Below are positions 42,417-52,473 of a stretch of 64,000 nt of DNA, in pieces. Where the stretch lies: contig OZ241322.1 in the NCBI GenBank assembly GCA_965199715.1, forward strand, positions 2,048,001 to 2,112,000, read 5' to 3'. The notes under the pieces were generated by a model that saw only the letters and a list, made by a program, of their open reading frames with translations, was not told the origin of the DNA and did not search any database. The stretch comes from Vicinamibacteria bacterium. GTDB taxonomy: Bacteria > Acidobacteriota > Vicinamibacteria > Marinacidobacterales > Marinacidobacteraceae. The position numbers and the translations under genes are program-made. Every line of letters begins with the position of its first letter. Positions within the stretch are counted from its first letter, which is position 1.

Positions 42417-44824
42417 TGCGATCCCGTCCGATCCCGTCCGTTCTCGCCGCGCTGCTGCTGACCGCGGCGGCGTCCGCGCAGACCCCCGAAACCATCGAGG
42501 AGGTGCGGATCGAAGGCAACGACCTCATCGCCGACGACGCCTGGATGGCCCACCTCACCGTCGCGGCCGGCGACCCGCTGGACCGGGAGGCGCTGCGCGC
42601 CGAGTTCCGCAATCTGTGGGACACCGGCTTCGCCGACGACCTCCGGGTGGAGCTGCGGCCCGGGACCCGCGGCGGCCGGGTCGTGGTCTTCGTGGTGAGC
42701 GAACGGCCCCGGGTGGCCGCGCTCGAGTTCCGCGGCTCCGAGGAGCTCGATGACGACGACATCCTCGAGAAGCTCGAGGAGGAGGACGCGCTCATCCAGG
42801 TGGGCGCGCCCTACAACCCGCAGCTCGTGGTCCGCGCCCGCGACCTCATCGAGACGATGCTGGTGGACAAGGGCCGCACCGAGGGCGCGGTCTCGAGCGA
42901 CATCCAGCCGGTCGAGAGCGGCGTGCGGATCGCCTTCGACATCCGCGACGAGCAGCAGGTGCGCATCCGCCGGATCCGCTTCGAGGCGATCGAGGCAATC
43001 GACGACTGGACCCTGCGCTGGGCCATGAAGAAGACCCGCGAGAGCCACACGCTCGGTTCGGTCCTCGGCGGCACCACGTACACCTCGGAGACCTACGCCG
43101 AGGACATCGAGGCGGTGCGCCAGGAATACCTGAAGCAGGGGTATCTGGACGTCTCGTTCGGCCCGCCGGAGTTCGCGTACGAGGACGGCACCTCGCGGAC
43201 TTTCGTCTTCTGGGAACGGGATCGCCGCTGGATGGACATCACCATCCCGGTGTTCGAGGGCGAGCCCTACCGGGTGGGGGAGGTCTCCGTCGAGGGGGCC
43301 GAGGTCTTCCCGGCCGACTTCCTCCGGGGCTTCTTCGACCTCCAGGCCGGGGACGTGTACGACGAGTCGCTCGTGACCGAGGGCTTCGATTCGCTGCGCG
43401 AGATCTACGGCGCGCGCGGCTACGTCCAGTTCACCGGGTTCCCCACGTGGCGCCGCCACGAGGACGAGAAGGTCGTGGACGTCACGCTGAACCTGGCCGA
43501 GGAGGACCAGTTCCTCGTGAACCGGATCGAGTTCCGCGGCAACTCGACGACCAAGGACCGCGTGATCCGCCGCGAGATGTGGCTGAACGAGCGGGACATC
43601 ATGAACATGGAGCTGCTCAAGGCCTCCATCCAGCGGATCAACCAGCTCGGCTACTTCCGCCCGATCGAGCAGCCCGACATCCAGCCGAGCGACGACGACG
43701 CCACCCGGCTCGACATCACGCTCGACCTCGTCGAGGAGAACCGCAACCAGCTCACCTTCGGGGCGGGCGTGTCCGGGCTGGAGGGCTTCTTCGGGAACGC
43801 CTCGTTCGGGACGACCAACTTCCTCGGGCGCGGCGAGACCGCGAATTTCACGGTCCAGTACGGCCAGCGCACCCAGAACTACCAGATCGCGATCACCGAT
43901 CCCTACTTCATGGACAAGCCGGTCACCCTCGGCTTCGACGTGTTCAGCCGGGTGCTGAAGCTGCCCGAGTTCACCCGGGAGGACATCGGCGGGCGGCTCA
44001 TCTTCGGCCTGCCGGTGGGGCGCTGGTCCCGCGCGTTCTTCAACTACGGGTACTCGATCATCTCCATCGGCGAACCCGACCCGAACATCAACCTCACGAT
44101 CTACGACCTCTACTACAACAGCGCCTACCTCGACCCCCGCTTCTACGGCCTGTCGGGGAACTTCCGCGAAAGCAAGGTCAGCCCGTCGTTCGTGTACAAC
44201 ACGGTGAACCACCCGATCTTCCCGAGCACGGGCCGGAAGCTGACCGTGGGCCTCGACGTGGCCGGCGGCGCGCTCGGCGGCAACGTCCACTACTACAAGC
44301 CCACCGTGGAGGCCGTCTTCCACACCGAGGTGATCGGCGCCACCTCGCTCGGCATGCGGGTGATGGGCAGCTACCTCCACGGCTACGGCGGGGGCGATCC
44401 TCCGGCCGGCGAGCCCATCGACATCTTCGACGTGGAACAGACCGGCGTTCCGTACTACAACCGGTTCTTCCTCGGCGGCGAGTACCAGTTGCGCGGCTAT
44501 TACATCCGTTCGGTGGGCCCCCGCAACGCCAACGGGCAGCTCCTCGGCGGCAACAAGATGCTGCTGTTCAACGCCGAGTACGCGATCCCGCTGGCGGGGC
44601 CGCTGCGCGCCATCCTCTTCTTCGACGCCGGCAACGCCTTCGCCGAGGAGACGGCGTGGGGCCTCTCGATGCTCAACCAGTTCCGCACCTCGACCGGCAT
44701 CGAGATGCGGGTGTTCATCCCCATGCTCAACGTGCCGTTCCGCCTTATCTTCGCGTACAATCCGCACCGCGATTACTACCATCGGCCCACGGCCTTCGTC
44801 TTCGGGATCGGCACGACGTTCTAG
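42416..44824 (+). CDS. bamA: Outer membrane protein assembly factor BamA
   Basis: Signal peptide, POTRA repeats (GN..TKDRVIRRE), NFLGRG, LRGY loop-6 motif, FFDAGN, C-terminal Phe. Confidence 0.95.
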   Translation: MRSRPIPSVLAALLLTAAASAQTPETIEEVRIEGNDLIADDAWMAHLTVAAGDPLDREALRAEFRNLWDTGFADDLRVELRPGTRGGRVVVFVVSERPRVAALEFRGSEELDDDDILEKLEEEDALIQVGAPYNPQLVVRARDLIETMLVDKGRTEGAVSSDIQPVESGVRIAFDIRDEQQVRIRRIRFEAIEAIDDWTLRWAMKKTRESHTLGSVLGGTTYTSETYAEDIEAVRQEYLKQGYLDVSFGPPEFAYEDGTSRTFVFWERDRRWMDITIPVFEGEPYRVGEVSVEGAEVFPADFLRGFFDLQAGDVYDESLVTEGFDSLREIYGARGYVQFTGFPTWRRHEDEKVVDVTLNLAEEDQFLVNRIEFRGNSTTKDRVIRREMWLNERDIMNMELLKASIQRINQLGYFRPIEQPDIQPSDDDATRLDITLDLVEENRNQLTFGAGVSGLEGFFGNASFGTTNFLGRGETANFTVQYGQRTQNYQIAITDPYFMDKPVTLGFDVFSRVLKLPEFTREDIGGRLIFGLPVGRWSRAFFNYGYSIISIGEPDPNINLTIYDLYYNSAYLDPRFYGLSGNFRESKVSPSFVYNTVNHPIFPSTGRKLTVGLDVAGGALGGNVHYYKPTVEAVFHTEVIGATSLGMRVMGSYLHGYGGGDPPAGEPIDIFDVEQTGVPYYNRFFLGGEYQLRGYYIRSVGPRNANGQLLGGNKMLLFNAEYAIPLAGPLRAILFFDAGNAFAEETAWGLSMLNQFRTSTGIEMRVFIPMLNVPFRLIFAYNPHRDYYHRPTAFVFGIGTTF

Positions 44825-44926
44825 GCCAAGGCGTCTAGACTGACGGGCGCGGCTCCGGGCGCCGGGGTCGACGACGCCCGGCGCGTCGCCAGGGAAGCCA
44901 CAGCCACTCCAGGAGCCACAGGAATC

Positions 44927-45475
44927 ATGAATTCGCCAATTCGCCGCCGGCTGGGCGCCGCCATGCTCGCGGCGGCCTTCGCTCCGCTGCCGGCGTTCGC
45001 CCAGTCCGTTCCGACGCGCATCGCCGTCATCGACATCGACCGCATCGCCCAGGAGTCGGCCAAGGGGCAGGAGCTGATCGCCACGCTCCAGTCGCTCCAG
45101 GAGCAGGTCGGTCGCGAGCGGCAGACCCGCGAGCAGGAGATCGCCGACCTGAACGCCCGGGCGCAGTCCCAGCTGCTCTCCGCGGAGGCGCGGGCGGACA
45201 TGGCCCGCGACCTCGAACGGAAGCAGACCGACCTGCAGCGGTGGCTCGAGGACCAGCAGCGCGACTTCAACGAGCGCCAGACCCAGGGGTTCGCCCAGCT
45301 CGAGGCCGAGCTCGGGCCCGTCGTGGAGCGGGTGGCGCTCGAACAGCAGATCCAGCTCATCTTTCGGGTGACGCCCGGGCTGACTTTCATCATGGATCCG
45401 GCGCTCGACATCTCCGACGAGGTCATCGAGAAGTTCAACGCGTCGAGCGGCGGCGGCGCGGCGGAGCAGGGGTAG
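44927..45475 (+). CDS. skp: Skp/OmpH periplasmic chaperone
   Basis: Signal peptide, IAVIDIDRI, coiled coil, DISDEVI. Follows bamA. Confidence 0.9.
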   Translation: MNSPIRRRLGAAMLAAAFAPLPAFAQSVPTRIAVIDIDRIAQESAKGQELIATLQSLQEQVGRERQTREQEIADLNARAQSQLLSAEARADMARDLERKQTDLQRWLEDQQRDFNERQTQGFAQLEAELGPVVERVALEQQIQLIFRVTPGLTFIMDPALDISDEVIEKFNASSGGGAAEQG

Positions 45476-45489
45476 CCCGACCCCGGGCC

Positions 45490-45864
45490 GTGCTCGACCG
45501 CATCCTCGAGGTCGATCCGGGAGACGACGCCCGCCCGGCCCGCATCCTCGCCGTGCGCCGGTTCCCGGCGTCCGAGCCGTTCTTCAAGGGCCACTTCCCG
45601 GACCTTCCGGTCGTGCCCGGCGTTCTCAGCCTTGAGGCCATGGTCGCGGCCGCCCGCCGGTTGCTCTCCGAAATCCGTCCCGAGACCCTGGCGTGGCGCC
45701 TCGCGCGGGTCGGGAGCGTGCGGTTCCGCCGCCCCGCCGGCCCGGGCGGCGAGCTGGAGTTCGAGGTGACCGCCGCCGGCCCCGAGGGTTGCTTCGCCGC
45801 CGTCGCCCGCCTTGCCGGAAAGACTGCGGTGGAAGCGGATTTCGAGCTCCGGCCCGCCGTCTGA
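45490..45864 (+). CDS. fabZ: 3-hydroxyacyl-ACP dehydratase, FabZ-like (short)
   Basis: FFKGHFPDLPVVPGVLSLEAM, VRFRRP. GTG start inferred. Confidence 0.75.
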   Translation: MLDRILEVDPGDDARPARILAVRRFPASEPFFKGHFPDLPVVPGVLSLEAMVAAARRLLSEIRPETLAWRLARVGSVRFRRPAGPGGELEFEVTAAGPEGCFAAVARLAGKTAVEADFELRPAV

Positions 45865-45926
45865 ACCCTCCGGCCGCGCCTGATTCGGGCTGCTAGGGTA
45901 CGAACCTTGCCTTCGCAGCGACCAGC

Positions 45927-47168
45927 GTGACTTCCGATCTGGACGGGCTCGGCCTCGCCGACCGGGACCCGCCGCCCGAGCCGGCGCCGCGCCGCCGCTC
46001 CGCTCCGCCCTTCCGCCGCCGGAGCGGAACCCCCCGGCCGCTCGCGCCCCGGGGGCTCGACGGCCTCAGCGTCGGCGGGACCACCGCCGATCTCGCCGGA
46101 GTGGATCGGGGCCGCCGGATCCGGGGCGCCCTCGTCTCGTCCGGGCTCCACGTGCTCCTGCTGCTCTTGACGATCGGCGGCGCGATCCCGCTGCCCGGGA
46201 CCGACGCGGTCCCGGTCGAGCCGGAGTCCGAGCGTCCGCTCCTCACCTTCGAGGCCCCTGCGGTCGAGGAGGAGGCGCTCGCGCCGCCGCTCATTGCCGA
46301 GGCGGTCCCCGTCGAACCGGTCCCCGAGGCCGAGCCGGTTCCCGAACCTCCGGCGCCGCCGCAGACCGCGCAGCTCCAGATCCCCGAAGCGATGATCGCG
46401 CGGCCCTCCACCGGCTTCCAGAACGACCTTCCCTTCGCCGACGGCCCGGACGAGCAGTTCTATTTCGACCAGCCGATGGGCGACGAGGACGCCCTCGCCG
46501 AGGCTCCGGTCCCCACTCCGCCGGCTCCCGATCCCGATCCGGAGCCGGCGTTCGAGCCCGTTCCCGACGCGCCTCCGGAGATGCTGGCCGACGCTGGCTC
46601 CGCGGATCCGGGCGACCCCTCCCGGCTCGACTTCGACGCCGACGCCTTCCGCCGGCTCCTCGCCGATCCGGCCGGCGACGCCCGCCGCCGCGCCGACGAG
46701 ATCGCCACCCGCGCCGCCCGCGCCCGCGCGGAGGAGGCCGACCGCCGCCGGGGGATCCCCACCGACATCTGGCGGTTCCTCGAGGGCAAGCGCTTCCGCA
46801 ACCCCGAGGGCGGCCTCGTCTCGAACCGCAACAACACGCTCTACTACGACGACCGGGGCGCCAACATGGTCCCCTGGATCGGTCGGCTCATCGCCGAGGT
46901 CCGCCGCAACTGGTACGTCCCCTACGCGGCCGCGTTCCAGGCCGGGCACGTGGCGATCGCCATCAGCGTGCTCCGCGACGGAACCCTCGAGTGGATGCAG
47001 GTCGTGATCCCGTCCGGCACTCGCGGATTCGACAACGCCGCCGTCGGCGCGCTGCGCGGCGCCGAGCTGCTCCCGCTGCCGGACGACTACCCGGGCCGCA
47101 ACTTCGAGATCATGCTGGTGTTCTGGTACAACGAGCAGCCGTACGACATCTTCGGATCGGCTCCTTGA
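45927..47168 (+). CDS. TonB/TolA C-terminal domain protein
   Basis: SSGLH TM anchor, Pro/Glu-rich linker, VRRNW...RDG...SG...FDNAAVGAL...PLP. Confidence 0.82.
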   Translation: MTSDLDGLGLADRDPPPEPAPRRRSAPPFRRRSGTPRPLAPRGLDGLSVGGTTADLAGVDRGRRIRGALVSSGLHVLLLLLTIGGAIPLPGTDAVPVEPESERPLLTFEAPAVEEEALAPPLIAEAVPVEPVPEAEPVPEPPAPPQTAQLQIPEAMIARPSTGFQNDLPFADGPDEQFYFDQPMGDEDALAEAPVPTPPAPDPDPEPAFEPVPDAPPEMLADAGSADPGDPSRLDFDADAFRRLLADPAGDARRRADEIATRAARARAEEADRRRGIPTDIWRFLEGKRFRNPEGGLVSNRNNTLYYDDRGANMVPWIGRLIAEVRRNWYVPYAAAFQAGHVAIAISVLRDGTLEWMQVVIPSGTRGFDNAAVGALRGAELLPLPDDYPGRNFEIMLVFWYNEQPYDIFGSAP

Positions 47169-49258
47169 TCGGGTTCGTCGCCCCGCTGGCGCTGGCGCTC
47201 GCCGGCCAGCCGCAGCCCGTGGATCCGGCCCGGATCCGCATCGCGCTCGCCGACGCCGAGCCGGCCGCGCGGATCTCCGCCGCGACCCCGTTCACCGTCC
47301 TCGCCGGCGAGCTCCGGATCGAGGCTTCGGACCTGCTCGTCGGGCCGGAGACCCGGCCGGGCGAGCCGGCGCTCGCGCTGGGGTCGTTTTCGACCCGGGA
47401 GGACGCCCGCGACGCCGAGCGCCGCTTCCGCGGGGACGCGCCGCGCCCCTCGCCGACGCGCCCGGAACCTCCGCTCGCGGACGAGGCCCAGCGCCGGGCG
47501 CGCACCGCCATCCGCCGCGACCCGGCCACCGGGCGCTTCCTCGTCACGCTCGGGCCCCCGGCCGACGAGGCGACGCTGCGGGCGAGCGGGTTCCCGCGCA
47601 CCGGCCGGTTCCCGCTCGCGGTCCCCGACGGCGACGCGCTCGTCCTCCGGCCCGCGGGCGGTCTGCCGATCCGCATTCCGGCCGGCGTGCCCCTCCGCAT
47701 CCTCCCCGGCGGCAGCTTCCTCGAGTGGGAGGGCCAGCCGTACCGGGGTTCGTTCGAGGCGCGCCGCGCCGGCGCCGGAGTCATCGTGGTGAACCTCGTG
47801 CCGGTGGAGGAATACCTGCTCGGCGTCGTCCCGCGGGAGCTTCCGCCCGACCGGTTCCCCGAGCCCGAGGCGCTGAAGGCGCAGGCGCTCGTCGCCCGGA
47901 CGTACGCGCTGCGTCCCCGGCCCGGCTGGCGGGAGCGCGGCTACGACCTGTGCAGCGGCCCCGCCTGCCAGGTGTACGGCGGCGTCGCCGCCGAGCACCC
48001 GGTCTCGACCGCCGCGGTCCGGGCGACCGCGGGAGAGGTGCTCACCCACCAAGGCCGGCTCGCGGACGCGCTCTACACGGCGGCGTGCGGAGGCGGCACC
48101 GAAAACGCCGAGAACGTCTTCACCAACCCCACCCCGTACCTCGTCGCCCGCGCCGGCTTCCGCGAGGCGGACGGCGCGGAGCTGGCCACGACCGCCGCGC
48201 CGGTCCCGTTCGACGCGGCGCTCGCGGATCTCGCCGGCGCGCTGCCGCCGGGCTGGCCCGGCGACCTCGGAACCCCGGCGGCGCCGGGGGAAATTTCCTT
48301 CGCGCTCTCCGGCGCGTTCGACTCGCTCGGGCTGCGCGCCTGCGAGGCCGCGCCCCGGGGCCCACGGCTCGACCAGTACGCTGAATTCGTGGACGCGCTG
48401 CGCTGCAGTCCGGGAGAACGGGTGCGCCTGCGGTCCTCGCCGCTCGAACGCCTCGTCGCCGAGGGACTCCTCGACCCCTCCGAGCTCGGACTCGACCCGG
48501 TCCGCCCGGTCACCCGCCGCGAGACGCTCTCGACCGTCGCCGCGCTGTTCCGCCGCAACGGCCTCCGGCTCGCCCGCGGCCAGGTCCTGCAAGCCGGGCC
48601 GGACGGCCTCGTGGTCGCCCCCGACCGGAACCCCGACGAGCCGATCCAACTGCGCGGCGCCCCCGATGCGCGCCTGTATCGCGAGATCCGCACGCTGCGG
48701 GTTCCCGGCCGGCCCGACGCGACTCCGCCGCCCATTCCCGAGACGGGCGTCCGCGCGCGTCCCGGGGACTTCGTGCGCTACCGCGCCGCAGCGGACGGGA
48801 CGTTCGAACTGCTCGTCCTCGAGGACGCCGGGGAGACGTGGGACCGCTTCTCGGCCCAGACCGCCTGGCTGGTCCCGAAGGACAACGCCGCGCTCTCGCA
48901 GTCGCTCCGGAATCGCTATCCCGAGCGCGACATCGGCCGGATCGTCGCGCTCGAGCCGCTGGAGTTCGGGGCCTCGGGCCGGATCAGCCGCCTGCGCATC
49001 CGCGGCTCGCGCGGCTCGCTCGACGTGCGCGGGCTCGCCGTGCGCCGCGCGCTCGGCCTCGCCGACACGCTGTTCTTCGCCGAGCCGCTCCACGGGGACG
49101 ACGGGCAGGTGGACTCGTGGTGGTTCACCGGGCGCGGCTGGGGCCACGGCCTCGGGCTCTGCCAGGCCGGCGCCTACGGCATGGCCGCCCACGGCTTCGA
49201 CTACCGGGACATCCTCGCGCGCTACTACCCACAGACCCGCGTCGAGACCCGGCGGTGA
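47165..49258 (+). CDS. SpoIID/LytB domain protein
   Basis: VNLVPVEEYLLGVVPRE, ALKAQALVARTYA, CQVYGG, GWGHGLGLCQAGA. TTG start overlaps the upstream stop. Confidence 0.92.
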   Translation: MIGFVAPLALALAGQPQPVDPARIRIALADAEPAARISAATPFTVLAGELRIEASDLLVGPETRPGEPALALGSFSTREDARDAERRFRGDAPRPSPTRPEPPLADEAQRRARTAIRRDPATGRFLVTLGPPADEATLRASGFPRTGRFPLAVPDGDALVLRPAGGLPIRIPAGVPLRILPGGSFLEWEGQPYRGSFEARRAGAGVIVVNLVPVEEYLLGVVPRELPPDRFPEPEALKAQALVARTYALRPRPGWRERGYDLCSGPACQVYGGVAAEHPVSTAAVRATAGEVLTHQGRLADALYTAACGGGTENAENVFTNPTPYLVARAGFREADGAELATTAAPVPFDAALADLAGALPPGWPGDLGTPAAPGEISFALSGAFDSLGLRACEAAPRGPRLDQYAEFVDALRCSPGERVRLRSSPLERLVAEGLLDPSELGLDPVRPVTRRETLSTVAALFRRNGLRLARGQVLQAGPDGLVVAPDRNPDEPIQLRGAPDARLYREIRTLRVPGRPDATPPPIPETGVRARPGDFVRYRAAADGTFELLVLEDAGETWDRFSAQTAWLVPKDNAALSQSLRNRYPERDIGRIVALEPLEFGASGRISRLRIRGSRGSLDVRGLAVRRALGLADTLFFAEPLHGDDGQVDSWWFTGRGWGHGLGLCQAGAYGMAAHGFDYRDILARYYPQTRVETRR

Positions 49259-49356
49259 CGGACCCCGAGCGCTTCGCCTTCACGCCGGGCCAGCTTCTCG
49301 CCGGCTCGGTCGTCGTCGCCGCGCTCGCGCTGCTCGCGCTGTGCCGCAGCGTCTGA
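49255..49356 (+). CDS. Putative 33-aa single-TM small protein
   Basis: GTG overlaps the SpoIID stop (GTGA). MTDPERFAFTPGQLLAGSVVVAALALLALCRSV, GC3-rich codons, fills the gap to miaA. Confidence 0.5.
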   Translation: MTDPERFAFTPGQLLAGSVVVAALALLALCRSV

Positions 49357-50282
49357 ACGCGCCGTCCTCCCGGACGGTCCTCGCGCTGGTCGGGCCGAAC
49401 GCCTCGGGGAAGTCCGCGCTCGCGGTCCGGCTCGCCGCCCGCCTCCCACCGCCGGTCGAGATCGTTTCCTGCGACGCGATCCAGGTCTATCGGGGGCTCG
49501 ACGTCGGCTCCGGCAAGCTGCCGCCGGCGGAACGCGGCGGAGTCCCCCACCACCTGCTGGACACGCTGGACCCGGACGACGCCTGCACCGCCGGACGCTA
49601 CGCCGAGATGGCCGCCGCCGCGATCCGGGACGTCCGCCGGCGGGGCGCGCTTCCGCTCGTCGTGGGCGGCAGCGGGCTGTACTTCCGCGCGCTGCGCGAC
49701 GGCGTCTTCGAGGAGCCGGCGCCGCGCTCCCCCGAGCTGCGCCGCCGCCTGCAGCGCCTCTACCGGAGTCCCGCGGGCGCGCGCCGGCTCGACGCGATGC
49801 TCGCCCGGCGCGATCCCGGCGCGGCGGCGCGGATCCACGCCCGCGACCTCGTCCGCCGGGTGCGGGCGCTGGAGGTCGTCCTGCTCGCGGGGGTTCCGAT
49901 CACCAAGCTCCAGGGCGAGAACCGCCCCCCGCTGCCAGACGCGGAATGGAGGGCGGCGTGGCTGGATCCGCCGCGCGAGACCGACCGCGCCCGCATCGCC
50001 GCCCGGGTCCGGAGCATGTTCGGGGCCGGCCTCCTCGAGGAGGCCGCGGCGCTCGAGCGCCGGCATGGGGACCGCTGGCGCGCCCGCAACGCCATCGGCT
50101 ACCGGGAGGCGATCGCCGGACTCCCGGACGCCGAGGCCGCGATCGTCGCCGCCTCGCGCCGCTACGCCCGCCGCCAGCGCGCGTGGTTCCGCGCCGAGCG
50201 GAACGTCCAGCGCCACGCCGGGGACGCCCGGGACGTCGAGGACGCCGTCCTCGCGCAGTTCCTCACAGCTCCTCCACGGTGA
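49341..50282 (+). CDS. miaA: tRNA dimethylallyltransferase
   Basis: GPNASGKS, SCDAIQVYRGLDVGSGK, PHHLLD, VGGSGLY, RRYARRQRAWF. Start uncertain. Confidence 0.95.
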   Translation: MPQRLNAPSSRTVLALVGPNASGKSALAVRLAARLPPPVEIVSCDAIQVYRGLDVGSGKLPPAERGGVPHHLLDTLDPDDACTAGRYAEMAAAAIRDVRRRGALPLVVGGSGLYFRALRDGVFEEPAPRSPELRRRLQRLYRSPAGARRLDAMLARRDPGAAARIHARDLVRRVRALEVVLLAGVPITKLQGENRPPLPDAEWRAAWLDPPRETDRARIAARVRSMFGAGLLEEAAALERRHGDRWRARNAIGYREAIAGLPDAEAAIVAASRRYARRQRAWFRAERNVQRHAGDARDVEDAVLAQFLTAPPR

Positions 50283-52455
50283 GCCGCCCGGCGAGTTCGG
50301 GAAGTTCGAGGAACCCGCGGATCCGCCGGCGCAGCGCCGCGACCTCGCGGGGCTCGGACTTCGCGAGCAGCCGGAACCGGGCCAGTCCTCCGACGCGGTC
50401 GTCGGGCGCCGGGGCCGGGCCGACGATCTCCGGACCCACCTCCTTCAGCACGTCCGCGACCGAGCCGAGCAGCGCCGCCGCCCGCTCCCGTTTCCGGTCG
50501 GCGATCGTGAGCGTTAGCACCCGGACGAACGGCGGGTAGCGGAACCGCCGCCGCATCGGCTCCTCCTCCTCCCGGAAGCGGGCGAAGTCCTGCGCCGCGG
50601 CGGCCTCCACCGCGTAGTGATCGGGATTCGCCGCCTGCACCAGCACCCGCCCCGGACGCTCGCCGCGTCCGGCTCGCCCCGCGACCTGCGTCAGCAACTG
50701 GAAGGTCCGCTCCGCCGCCCGGAAGTCGGGAACGCCGAGTCCGGCGTCCGCCGCGACCACGCCGACGACGGTCACCGCCGGGAAGTCGTGGCCCTTCGCG
50801 AGCATCTGGGTTCCCGCGACCACCCGGATCCGCCCTTCCCGGAACCCGTCGAGGATGTCCTCGTGGCTCCCCCGGGTGCGGGTCGCGTCGCGGTCGAACC
50901 GCCCGACCGGAACGCCCGGCAACAGGCGGCGGAGCTCCTCCTCGACCCGCTCGGTCCCGAACCCCTCCGAGCGCAGGACCTCGCCGCCGCAGGGCGGACA
51001 CTCGGCCGGCGTGGGCTCGCCGAAGCCGCACCCGTGGCACAGCGCGAGATGGCCGCGCCGGTGGAGCGTCAGGGCCATCCCGCAGCGCTTGCACTCGAGA
51101 ACCCTCCCGCAGCGTAGGCAGACGAGGCGCCCCCCGTACCCGCGCCGGTTCAACAGCACCATCGCCTGCTCGCCGGCGGCGGTCGCCCGCGCGAGCGCCT
51201 CCGCCAGCCTCGGCGCGAGCACCAGCGGACCCTGCTGCTTCCGCCGGACGTGCTCCCGGTACGCCGGGCGCATATCCACGACCTCGACCTCGGGCATCGG
51301 CCGGCCGGCGACCCGCTCGGGCAGCCGCAACCGCTCGAGCGCCCCGTCGTCCGCCGCGCGCGCCGCCTCGAGCGACGGCGTGGCCGATCCGAGCACGAGC
51401 GCGCCCCCCGCCGCCTGCGCCCGCATCCACGCGACCTGCCGGGCGTGGTAGCGGGGGGCCTCCTCCTGCCGGAACGCTGCGTCGTGCTCCTCGTCGAGGA
51501 TCACGAGGCCGAGGTCGGGAACCGGCGCGAGCGCCGCCGACCGCGCTCCGAGCACCACCGGCGCCCGGCCCAGCCGAACCCGCCAGAAGGCGTCGCGGCG
51601 TTCGGCGGGGGTCAGCCCGCTGTGGAGCACCGCGACCTCGCCGCCGAACCGGTTCCGCACCAGCGGCGCCATCCGCGTCGCCAGCGCGATCTCCGGAGCG
51701 AGCAGCACCGCGCTCCGGCCCTGCCGCCGGGCGGCGGCGATCGCCGCCAGATAGACCTCGGTCTTCCCGCTCCCGGTCACCCCCTCGAGCAGGAACGCCC
51801 CGAAGCGTCGGGCCTCGAGCGCGTCCCCGATGCGGTCGGCGGCGTCCCGCTGGCGGCGGTTCAGGACCGCCGGAACGCCCGGCGTGGGCGCCGGCGGGGC
51901 CGGCTCGGGCGCCGCCTCGAGGATGCGCAGGAGCCCTTCCCGCTCAAGCCGCCGAAAGCTCCGCCCGGGGGACAGGTCCAGCTCGCGGCGGATGCGGGTC
52001 AGGGGCACGCCGGTCGGCCCCGGCGACACGGCGAGCAGGCTCAGGATCCGCCGGTCGTCCTCGCTGATCCGGGGCGGGGCGCCCCCGTCGGGCTCGCCCA
52101 GCCGGTGGTTCCCCTCGGGTGTGATTCGGGCGCACTGGGCCGTCCGCGCCGGGGGAACCCGGCCCGGAGTCATCGCCCGCAGCACGAGGCCGAGCGGACA
52201 CACCGTGGTCTCCGCGACGCGTCGGGCGAGGCGGAGCAGGTCGGCGGGGACCGCGGGCGCGGGGTCGGGAAGCGTCCGCCGGATCTCCTTGTCACGGGGT
52301 CCCGGCGCGCCGGAGTCCGGGCCCAGCGCGACCCCCACCAGATCCTGTCCGGCGAAGGGAACCACGACCCGGCTCCCCGCCGGAATTTTTTCCGCGGCGC
52401 GGTATCGAAACGCGCGGAACAGCGGCCTCGGCACCGCCACCGAGACCAGATGCAC
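50263..52455 (-). CDS. priA: Primosomal protein N'
   Basis: [23 protein letters not shown], four CxxC pairs, KGHDFP, QVAGRAGR. GTG start at 52455. Confidence 0.96.
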   Translation of the reverse strand: MHLVSVAVPRPLFRAFRYRAAEKIPAGSRVVVPFAGQDLVGVALGPDSGAPGPRDKEIRRTLPDPAPAVPADLLRLARRVAETTVCPLGLVLRAMTPGRVPPARTAQCARITPEGNHRLGEPDGGAPPRISEDDRRILSLLAVSPGPTGVPLTRIRRELDLSPGRSFRRLEREGLLRILEAAPEPAPPAPTPGVPAVLNRRQRDAADRIGDALEARRFGAFLLEGVTGSGKTEVYLAAIAAARRQGRSAVLLAPEIALATRMAPLVRNRFGGEVAVLHSGLTPAERRDAFWRVRLGRAPVVLGARSAALAPVPDLGLVILDEEHDAAFRQEEAPRYHARQVAWMRAQAAGGALVLGSATPSLEAARAADDGALERLRLPERVAGRPMPEVEVVDMRPAYREHVRRKQQGPLVLAPRLAEALARATAAGEQAMVLLNRRGYGGRLVCLRCGRVLECKRCGMALTLHRRGHLALCHGCGFGEPTPAECPPCGGEVLRSEGFGTERVEEELRRLLPGVPVGRFDRDATRTRGSHEDILDGFREGRIRVVAGTQMLAKGHDFPAVTVVGVVAADAGLGVPDFRAAERTFQLLTQVAGRAGRGERPGRVLVQAANPDHYAVEAAAAQDFARFREEEEPMRRRFRYPPFVRVLTLTIADRKRERAAALLGSVADVLKEVGPEIVGPAPAPDDRVGGLARFRLLAKSEPREVAALRRRIRGFLELPELAGRLTVEEL

Positions 52456-52473
52456 CCCCCTATACTCGCGCAG
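52456..52473. promoter_or_regulatory. Putative bidirectional sigma70 -10 element for leaderless priA and pepA
   Basis: TATACT at 52461-52466 is 7 nt before the pepA ATG. On the minus strand GAGTAT (52467-52462) is 6 nt before the priA GTG. Confidence 0.6.

Noticed and set aside
44859-44884. GC hairpin GCGCCGGG/CCCGGCGC between bamA and skp
   Set aside because: An 8-bp GC stem with no U-tract is likely by chance at this composition, and there is no support for a terminator or ncRNA.
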